From a virus (lineage: Duplodnaviria > Caudoviricetes): a DNA stretch of 64,000 nt. Under the pieces are notes generated by a model. It did not search any database and had not been told where the DNA came from. It saw nothing but the letters and a program-made list of their open reading frames with translations. The stretch's first letter is position 1. Each line of letters opens with the position of its first letter. The position numbers and the translations under genes were made by a program. Where the stretch lies: the IMG/VR virus record IMGVR_UViG_3300034062_006701; one strand, 5' to 3'. Below are positions 54,653 through 61,343 of this stretch, one piece after another.

Positions 54653-54907
54653 CTCCGGGGGCAGGATTTGAACCTGCGACCAATCGGTTACATCTACCCT
54701 TAAGTTTTAATTCCTTAAGGAATGGACTTTGTCTTCATCCTGTTAGGATGTGTCGTGTAAAGTCTCTACACTTGCCCGGTCTTTCGACCTGCTAGCTCGG
54801 CGTTAGCATTTCAGCTTTCACCGACTTAGCGACATTTTTCAATCAACATTACTGCTGAAAGCTGCAACTTAATACAGCCGACCGCTCTACCGCTGAGCTA
54901 CCCCGGA
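54653..54907 (-). tRNA. tRNA-Asn(GUU) split by a group I intron (exons 54907-54874 and 54690-54653)
   Basis: joined exons give a canonical cloverleaf with GTCGG-CT-GT/T-AA-CCGAT and G73. Confidence 0.92.
54691..54873 (-). ncRNA. 183-nt group I intron
   Basis: P1 with U.G at the 5' splice site, P10, P3, P7 core (AGAGACU / AAGACAAAGUCC), P8, P9, terminal G. Confidence 0.9.
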
Positions 54908-54959
54908 TCGGTAATTATATTAATCTCTAAAAGAAAATATGCAATAAAATTTTAAAAAA

Positions 54960-55054
54960 TGGAAGTGGGTATGGGAATCGAACCCATGCTCGTCCCTCAT
55001 CTAGGGAACACAGATTATAAGTCTGTCGGTGCTATCCAGTTACACTAACCCACC
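54960..55054 (-). tRNA. tRNA with UAU (Ile) anticodon and a long variable arm
   Basis: ACAGA-CT-TAT-AA-TCTGT; ~22-nt arm with TCCCT/AGGGA stem; U73; CCA. Confidence 0.82.
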
Positions 55055-55125
55055 GCAATTGTTTAGCATCCTCCTTTTGTTGAGTTAGTTGCATGAATCA
55101 TTATTCACGTAATATATATACAGTC

Positions 55126-55416
55126 TTATGAAGATGCAAGCATCTTAAGCGACTTAAATTCGTTTTTAAAAAACAACTGACCAACAATTGTCAGTCTTTG
55201 CTTAAGCAGAGGCATAAAGGTAATAACATCACCGTTCTCAAGTGCTTGAATAATATCGCGGATATAATCACGATCACTCTCGTAGTGCTGACGAATTTTC
55301 TCGTTATTGTCTAGCATAGAAGATAGCATTCGCTCGAGAGAAGCTTTCTTATATTGAATTAATCTCTGACCAAACGTAATTGAGAGATCAATTTCTGCTA
55401 TTTCTCTGTCAGTCAT
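55126..55416 (-). CDS. hypothetical protein
   Basis: 96 aa; promoter TTGCAT-17-TATTCT 6 nt upstream. Confidence 0.7.
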   Translation of the reverse strand: MTDREIAEIDLSITFGQRLIQYKKASLERMLSSMLDNNEKIRQHYESDRDYIRDIIQALENGDVITFMPLLKQRLTIVGQLFFKNEFKSLKMLASS

Positions 55417-55454
55417 AAAAAGAGAATATACTCCTTTAAAGGAAGATGCAAGAT

Positions 55455-56201
55455 TTATATCTCAACAATATTACCAGAAGCCGGTACACGATCAACTAGC
55501 ACGATCCTTCGACCGCTATCTCCCTTTGTCGGGCTTTTACCTAGAATCAACGGGTTACCGTCTTTATCTTTTAAATCCGGTTCATATGGTTGATCTTCTC
55601 TACGCTTTCTTAGTCTTAAAAAGATTGAATGTCCTTTCGCATATTGATCAATATCTGTAAACACACCGTTGAGATTTAATTGATTGCTCTTAAAGGATCC
55701 AACAACATCCATAGGACCAATATACATGTAATCAACCGGTCCACCCATAGCTGGTGTTCCTTTTAAAACAGTGAGAGTATCTTTTTCATTCAGACGACCA
55801 TATACATCTGGAATTAAATCACCTCTCTTAAACCCTTGCTTTTTATACCAAGCATTAGCGTTATTTAAAAATCTTTTAGTTATATCAGGTATTAAAGTCT
55901 GTAAGCCGACAAGACCACCTCCTCCTACGCTCGGTGCTGCAGATACACCGCTCTCGGTACCTCCTTTGAGGCTAACGTTAATACGCTTTTTACCCGAACC
56001 AATTGTAAGAATTACATCTGTGTATGGTTCAGTGCCTAGTTCATTAATGCCTTCCATCTTCTCTGCAGAAGATACGTTCTTTATTTGATTAACAGAAATA
56101 GGCCCTTTTTTAGCATATCTGTTAATAGCATCAATGACTCCACGTTCTTGACGCTCAGCTCCGACGCCGCCTTCAATGAGAAATGTTTTAAATGATACCA
56201 T
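55455..56201 (-). CDS. late protein, possible PD-(D/E)xK nuclease fold
   Basis: start moved to MVSFKTFLIE (TAAGTA 5 nt upstream); PYTDVIL...NVSLK. Confidence 0.65.
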   Translation of the reverse strand: MVSFKTFLIEGGVGAERQERGVIDAINRYAKKGPISVNQIKNVSSAEKMEGINELGTEPYTDVILTIGSGKKRINVSLKGGTESGVSAAPSVGGGGLVGLQTLIPDITKRFLNNANAWYKKQGFKRGDLIPDVYGRLNEKDTLTVLKGTPAMGGPVDYMYIGPMDVVGSFKSNQLNLNGVFTDIDQYAKGHSIFLRLRKRREDQPYEPDLKDKDGNPLILGKSPTKGDSGRRIVLVDRVPASGNIVEI

Positions 56202-56217
56202 AAATGTACTTATTGTT

Positions 56218-57057
56218 TTAAAACCCTTCTTCAGGAATTGCAACATCTTTTTGTGGTCGTTGGTTTAATTTTTGGTAATAGTGTTGAAGAGCTAACTTAA
56301 ATTTTCTATATTGTTTTCTGAATTCAGGCTTTTCTTTAATACGAAAGAGAGTACGAATAAAGTCTTCCTGATACTTCAAATAACTCGGGAGAGGGAAATC
56401 TTTAGGTAGATTAGATGACCTTATAAAGGTATCAAGTAATCGGAGAAAACCGATACGCTGCTTTTCCCAAAACTTCTTATTATCACCTCGTTTCAAATGC
56501 TGAAGAATGAGACTGTATTGACGCTGAAGTTCTTCAGTAATTGAAGCGAGTTGTATTGGAAATTCGTTCGGTGATGTATAATAACCCTGCTTACTTCTTA
56601 TAGAAACTTGACCGGTAGGGAGGGTTCTCTGATTAGTAGCACGTATGTCTTGAGGCCTTAGTTTCTTATAGTGCTGTCTGGCGTGAAGGACTTCATGTAA
56701 TATTGTATTACGCTGTTCGTTAGGTGATAAATTACTGAAATAGTTATAAAAGAGAATTACAGAATTCGTGCTCTCTCTATATCCCGCTGCAGCAGACGCC
56801 TTTTGACCGAAGCTTACCTCTACATGAAGCTTTTTTTCTTTTCTATCTACCTGGTCTATATAGGTAACCGTCCCGAGAAAGAAAGTACCATCTCCCTGTA
56901 GTTTTTTTCTATAAACAGCTTCAGGTGATTTACCTTGCAGCTTATCATCATTAAAATAAAGCTGATATCTATCGAAGATATCCTCGATTTGCTTTCTTTC
57001 TTTTGATGTAACGCTGTAAGTCTTCTCCGTTACAAATTTTTTAAACGGAACAAGCAT
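56218..57057 (-). CDS. HExxH zincin-like protein
   Basis: TILHEVLHARQH; MLVPFKKFVTE N-terminus. Confidence 0.65.
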   Translation of the reverse strand: MLVPFKKFVTEKTYSVTSKERKQIEDIFDRYQLYFNDDKLQGKSPEAVYRKKLQGDGTFFLGTVTYIDQVDRKEKKLHVEVSFGQKASAAAGYRESTNSVILFYNYFSNLSPNEQRNTILHEVLHARQHYKKLRPQDIRATNQRTLPTGQVSIRSKQGYYTSPNEFPIQLASITEELQRQYSLILQHLKRGDNKKFWEKQRIGFLRLLDTFIRSSNLPKDFPLPSYLKYQEDFIRTLFRIKEKPEFRKQYRKFKLALQHYYQKLNQRPQKDVAIPEEGF

Positions 57058-57062
57058 ACGTA

Positions 57063-57263
57063 TTATCTCCTACGCTTATATTTACGGTCCTGAGCCTTTT
57101 GTTTACGTTTCTTCTTTTGGGCCTTTGTCTCAAAGGAACGACGATTTTTTACCTCTTCGAGGATATTACCAGCGTCGAGCTTTGTTTTAAGTCTCTTAAG
57201 AGCACGATCTATATCCTCTCCTTGATAAACCTTTATAGAGTAAAGCCCGCCTCGTCTAATCAC
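57063..57263 (-). CDS. rpsU: ribosomal protein bS21
   Basis: IKVYQGEDIDRALKRLKTKLD...EEVKNRRSFET; GTG start assumed. Confidence 0.85.
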   Translation of the reverse strand: MIRRGGLYSIKVYQGEDIDRALKRLKTKLDAGNILEEVKNRRSFETKAQKKKRKQKAQDRKYKRRR

Positions 57264-57386
57264 AGGAAAAATATTATGTTGCAAGCAGTTAGAAATATTT
57301 CTAAACCGCTAATTTGGTTAATAAAAGAGTGAACACCGTTCATATGTTCGAATATTTATATAATAAATACCTTCTATTTACAATAA

Positions 57387-57584
57387 TTATTCTATTGGCT
57401 TTTTCCAAAGAAGGTAACCTGCTCTTTCGTCATAATCAAGAGATAACGACATGAACTTTTGATAAAGAGACCAGGAAGGCATAGCAATAAGATGACGAGT
57501 CACTGTATTCCAATCTGTCCAACAGACTATTCGCCAACAAAAATCACCAAGATAGTAAAATATATACGCTAAAAGTCTATTCAT
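57387..57584 (-). CDS. hypothetical protein
   Basis: 65-aa ORF. Confidence 0.6.
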   Translation of the reverse strand: MNRLLAYIFYYLGDFCWRIVCWTDWNTVTRHLIAMPSWSLYQKFMSLSLDYDERAGYLLWKKPIE

Positions 57585-57602
57585 ACAGATATATAATCAT
57601 TT

Positions 57603-57833
57603 CTACCTCTTCTTTTTACGAACAAAGATATTAACTTTCGCAGACTTCATATCCTTCTCTGCAATAATAAAGCGAAACGGTCTACCTTCATACTTGTTAT
57701 TCTCTCTGATGAGAGCACGACGTAGAATACCTTCACGCTCTTCATACGTACACTCCTTAATAAAAGGAACAGTAATAGTATACATTTCTTCGTTTTTTGG
57801 CTTAGACTTTGCTTTGATAGGTGCTTTAGGCAT
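57603..57833 (-). CDS. basic hypothetical protein
   Basis: 76-aa ORF behind a promoter. Confidence 0.65.
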   Translation of the reverse strand: MPKAPIKAKSKPKNEEMYTITVPFIKECTYEEREGILRRALIRENNKYEGRPFRFIIAEKDMKSAKVNIFVRKKKR

Positions 57834-57850
57834 TCCTATAGTATAAAGAG

Positions 57851-57991
57851 CTATTTAAATTTAACAAGAATAAACTTCCATAATTTCTGTACTGCGAGAA
57901 ATGTAAAGAAGATCGTCCAGTATAAAGCACCAGTCGCTAGAAAAGGCAAAAGAATTAATGCAAAAAAAATACCTTCTTCAGCGGTAAGCAT
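57851..57991 (-). CDS. small membrane protein (46 aa)
   Basis: hand-translated; TAAATA 5 nt upstream. Confidence 0.6.
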   Translation of the reverse strand: MLTAEEGIFFALILLPFLATGALYWTIFFTFLAVQKLWKFILVKFK

Positions 57992-58008
57992 AAAGATATT
58001 TAATATTT

Positions 58009-58767
58009 TTATATCTCTACTTTAAATACTTTCTCAAAAACTTTAGGATCCTGCTTGTATCCTTCTTTTGATTCATCGTATGCATCTGTAGTATACTGCC
58101 AGTTAAAGAAAAGCTGATTCGGTGTCTTGAATCCAAAGAACTTTAAAACTTGTTGTTGCGTCTCCACGACGACCTTACCATTCCAGTTATGACCAAGACC
58201 GATAAAGCCTACATCAATATCCTTCACGACGTTTGCTTCACTGAGAGTTGTATGCCTATTCTCTATCCAGTTTAGTCTTTCGATTAGTTTTTGATATATA
58301 GCGTTTGTCTGGCCCCAGCGAATACTAGAGAAAAACACAACACAGTCTGACTTAAAAAGTTCTTTTGATATCTTCCAAAGCTCATCATCTTTATTACCAT
58401 ACGATACCCAGCAACGATGATAACCGGAAGGGTTTTTATCCTTATCTTCTAAAAGCGCACCTTTGAGACCACACGAATTCCCGTCTTTTGTCGATACATT
58501 ACCAACACAGGGTAGAATATTGAGATCCGGTACTTCAATAATTCTAATATTTTTGCTCGGAAATTCATCTTTTAAGTGATAAGCGAAAAGAGTACTCTTA
58601 GGTCTTTCTTCATCCTGACCAGGCCTTCTGTTTGAGGTAGTTAAGAATAAAATGTTTTCTTTTGTATTGAGGTATTCTTTGAGGTCAGAGATTTTCTTCT
58701 GAATAGGCGCAGGAGATGAGTTAATTCTCTCAAGAATTATTTGATTGTATGCTTGTTCTAGACTCAT
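58009..58767 (-). CDS. flavodoxin-fold NAD(P)H-dependent FMN reductase family protein
   Basis: LTTSNR, PCVGNVS...C, DCVVFFSSIRWGQTNA.YQKLIERL. Confidence 0.8.
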   Translation of the reverse strand: MSLEQAYNQIILERINSSPAPIQKKISDLKEYLNTKENILFLTTSNRRPGQDEERPKSTLFAYHLKDEFPSKNIRIIEVPDLNILPCVGNVSTKDGNSCGLKGALLEDKDKNPSGYHRCWVSYGNKDDELWKISKELFKSDCVVFFSSIRWGQTNAIYQKLIERLNWIENRHTTLSEANVVKDIDVGFIGLGHNWNGKVVVETQQQVLKFFGFKTPNQLFFNWQYTTDAYDESKEGYKQDPKVFEKVFKVEI

Positions 58768-58768
58768 A

Positions 58769-59503
58769 TTAGCAATGATAATTTATAAATCTTTGAGCTC
58801 CCTTTGCTGTAGCGTTAGATTTATTCTTTTGTTTTGATTTTAAGGCTCGAGCCTTAGCACAGGTTACTTTACCCTTTATTTGACGCTTGAGAATACCAGG
58901 ACGAACTGGATCATGTATATTCTTCTTCTCTGTAACTTCTGCAAGACCTGGTTGGGTATTAAAACGGTTTGAAGCTCGTACACCTCTACCAACTTTCTTG
59001 ATTTGCCGTGCACCTGCTACTACAGCCCGAGCTATCGGCTTTGCTTTTCGTAATTTAAGAACTTTGATGATATCAGCAAACGGAATCAAAGATATAGCAC
59101 TGATCCCTGCATTGATTATATGTTTCTTTCGTTCGTCAGTTGTCTTGGATAATCCAGCTCGTAGCCCTGATATTAAGACATTTGCAGCATCGGCAAACGT
59201 ACCGAAAGTAGGTTCAAAGCCTATTACATCTAAGGCGGCTTGAAGTGTGTTTATTGCTTGCTGTGTGCCTTCTACAACATTAGAAAGCTTTGTATAATAG
59301 TCGGGGTCTTCAAACAAGTGATCCATAGCAATCTTTCTTGCAACACTATCATCCTTTGTATGTTCGTGCTCTATTTTAATACCCTTCTTTAACTGACTGC
59401 TAATATGCTCTATAGAAACCTTGTGCTTCTTAGCGAGATCATCAATGCTTTTACCTTTAGCTAGACCACTAAATGTCTGTTCGTAAAAAGTCTTGAAAGT
59501 CAT
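58769..59503 (-). CDS. late protein with a DUF5661-like N-domain
   Basis: QLKKGIKIEHEHT...IAMDHL.EDPDYYTKL. Confidence 0.7.
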   Translation of the reverse strand: MTFKTFYEQTFSGLAKGKSIDDLAKKHKVSIEHISSQLKKGIKIEHEHTKDDSVARKIAMDHLFEDPDYYTKLSNVVEGTQQAINTLQAALDVIGFEPTFGTFADAANVLISGLRAGLSKTTDERKKHIINAGISAISLIPFADIIKVLKLRKAKPIARAVVAGARQIKKVGRGVRASNRFNTQPGLAEVTEKKNIHDPVRPGILKRQIKGKVTCAKARALKSKQKNKSNATAKGAQRFINYHC

Positions 59504-59515
59504 AAAAGTATTTAT

Positions 59516-59598
59516 GCTAGATAGGTCTTCGTTGGCTACCGGGTCTTTAACCCGCTGGACGAAGCGCTCTAGTTGCCCCCTGCCTACTCGGGTCTAGC
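59516..59598 (-). ncRNA. unassigned 83-nt structured RNA
   Basis: terminal GCUAGA/UCUAGC, UAGG/CCUA, CUUCGU/ACGAAG and GGGU/ACCC stems; starts 5 nt after TAAATA (59604-09). Confidence 0.65.
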
Positions 59599-59622
59599 AA
59601 AATTATTTAATGAGCTGCGTGC

Positions 59623-59700
59623 TGGAGCGTAGAGCCAGATTTGAACTGGCGATTTTATCCTTTTGCAGAGGATTGCCTTTGACCACTCAGCCATCTACGC
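59623..59700 (-). tRNA. tRNA-Cys(GCA)
   Basis: ATCCT-CT-GCA-AA-AGGAT; U73; CCA. Confidence 0.92.
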
Positions 59701-59709
59701 ATTAAAAAT

Positions 59710-59798
59710 TGGCGGGCAGCTGAGGTGTCGATCCCCATACCTTTAACAGTATCACCCGATTTCAAGTCGGAGCCCAGGGCCGCCTGGGGTAACTGCCC
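59710..59798 (-). tRNA. tRNA-Ser(UGA)
   Basis: TCCGA-CT-TGA-AA-TCGGG; long arm; G73; CCA; atypical D and T loops. Confidence 0.85.
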
Positions 59799-59816
59799 GT
59801 ATAAATCTATATTAAT

Positions 59817-60563
59817 TTATTTAAGAGACATTATATCTTCTTTTTTCCACACAATCAAGCTTTCCTTAAATTGATTCCATTTACATCGATCAAGCTCTGT
59901 TTCAAATCCTTTTACTTCCAAATAACCACCAAGTTCTTCTACCCAAAAATCAGGTGTATAATAAGCATCTCTACCGTTCAAGTGAACATATTTAAACCGT
60001 TGCGTATTTCTCTTCCAATTATAATTTTTACTATCTAACCATTTTGCAACTCTAAGCTCCCACGTGCCATCCACAGTTATATCACCAGCGATTGGACTCA
60101 AATACGTGTATTTTTTGCATCTACCGGCTTTATTGTCCCACCCTTCAGCGTGTCTACGTAATGCGCTTTGTCTAATAAGTTCTTTAGATTTTTCTGTATG
60201 TTTACGACCAGTATATACCGTCCTACCGGTAATATAGTTTTCACGCTTAGTATTTAAAAGTTTTTGAACGCGTGGATCTTCAGCTGTTAAACCCTTGTTC
60301 CACGCCGTGCTTCCTTTTTGTCTGCCTGCATTAGGTGACCGCTTTCCAGGTATTCTATTGGGATTTAATTTACATCTTTTAATATGTACGATAAGCGATC
60401 CCTTGTTAAGAATTTCCTTATTACAGAAATTACACTTTGTATCATTATATTGTGCATATAGCCTTTTACCGCACTGTTTACCATTTAAATGACGCTGTAT
60501 CGTTGATAAAGATATTTTTTTATTGCAACCAGGGCAATCTGTGTAGTTTCTTTTAATTTTCAC
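59817..60563 (-). CDS. free-standing PD-(D/E)xK endonuclease with zinc fingers and a NUMOD3-like motif
   Basis: CPGC, CNFC, GRKHTEKSKELIR, DGTWE, YTPDF...YLEVKG; GTG start 6 nt after TAAATA. Confidence 0.85.
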   Translation of the reverse strand: MKIKRNYTDCPGCNKKISLSTIQRHLNGKQCGKRLYAQYNDTKCNFCNKEILNKGSLIVHIKRCKLNPNRIPGKRSPNAGRQKGSTAWNKGLTAEDPRVQKLLNTKRENYITGRTVYTGRKHTEKSKELIRQSALRRHAEGWDNKAGRCKKYTYLSPIAGDITVDGTWELRVAKWLDSKNYNWKRNTQRFKYVHLNGRDAYYTPDFWVEELGGYLEVKGFETELDRCKWNQFKESLIVWKKEDIMSLK

Positions 60564-60609
60564 CAAAGATATTTAGTCTAGACGGTCACTTTTAACCACT
60601 CTTACAAAC

Positions 60610-60696
60610 AAGAGGTGGAGGGATTCGAACCCCCGAGACCGGTTATGGTCTGGCGATTTAGTAAATCGCTCTCGTCGACCGCTTGAGTACACCTCC
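60610..60696 (-). tRNA. tRNA-Ser(ACU)
   Basis: GCGAT-TT-ACT-AA-ATCGC; AGACC/GGTCT variable arm; no CCA. Confidence 0.88.
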
Positions 60697-60725
60697 GTGT
60701 TATATAAGAAAATTTTATTATAAGT

Positions 60726-60749
60726 GCTCCTGGTCGCTCAATCCAGAGC
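60726..60749 (-). other. hairpin in the hsp20 3' UTR, complementary to the 5' UTR
   Basis: minus strand GCUCUGG-AUUGAGCGA-CCAGGAGC. Confidence 0.7.
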
Positions 60750-60763
60750 TAAATTAAACTTTT

Positions 60764-61243
60764 TTAATTAACCTTCACGTCGATAGAAACGACCTCCGGT
60801 TTTACGACAGGGACCTTAACTCGAAGAAGGCCGTCTGTGTATGTTGATGAGATGTTCTTAATGTCCGTATTGTCATTGAGGGTGAAGGACAATTGTCCCT
60901 TCCTCCTACTAATGCCCTTACGGTGGAAGTGGACGGTCTCATCATGTTCCTCTTCCTCTTTATTAACATTAATGTGGAGTCGACCCTCCTTAACATTAAC
61001 GGTAATATTGTCTTTACCGACCCCTGCCAACGCTACTTCAATATAGTATGCGTATGGATTCCCATCAGGATCGGTTTCCGATACGATGTTATAAGGATAT
61101 GTAGCATTTGGAATATCAAATGCTTTATCAAAATCCTTGATAACGCTGCTTAGCCAACTTTCGTTAAACAGGCCTGGAAGATGGCTATAACCAGTACCTG
61201 CTGCCGGGATTACCCGACCTAGTGTGTATGTGTGTGTTGTCAT
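60764..61243 (-). CDS. small heat-shock protein Hsp20
   Basis: YPYNIV, IEVALAG, HRKGISRR, ISSTYTDGLLRV.VP. Confidence 0.92.
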   Translation of the reverse strand: MTTHTYTLGRVIPAAGTGYSHLPGLFNESWLSSVIKDFDKAFDIPNATYPYNIVSETDPDGNPYAYYIEVALAGVGKDNITVNVKEGRLHINVNKEEEEHDETVHFHRKGISRRKGQLSFTLNDNTDIKNISSTYTDGLLRVKVPVVKPEVVSIDVKVN

Positions 61244-61248
61244 ATATG

Positions 61249-61319
61249 TTCTCCTTTGTTAAGCGAGTTAATATGTTTACTTTAGTCCTGTTTGAGCGAC
61301 CAGAGCAAATATATTTATA
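61249..61319 (-). promoter_or_regulatory. hsp20 late promoter TATAAATA plus leader with SD AAAGGAGAA
   Basis: promoter 61312-19; the only clear canonical SD I noticed on a protein gene. Confidence 0.75.
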
Positions 61320-61343
61320 TACGACTATTCTTATTTGGCAATA

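Noticed and set aside
51570-55100. GGAGG followed by ATG in the leaders of tRNA-Leu(UAA) (~51590) and the UAU tRNA (~55070)
   Set aside because: Only tiny ORFs follow and the SD spacing is too short; could be chance.
59710-59798. Selenocysteine tRNA
   Set aside because: The anticodon is UGA (reads UCA), not UCA; a canonical 7/5 fold is possible; no sel genes seen.
50280-60610. Theta/HDV-like ribozymes behind the CCA-less tRNAs (Leu-UAG, Asn, Ser-ACU)
   Set aside because: The trailers are short and AT-rich or simple hairpins; I could not build a double pseudoknot.
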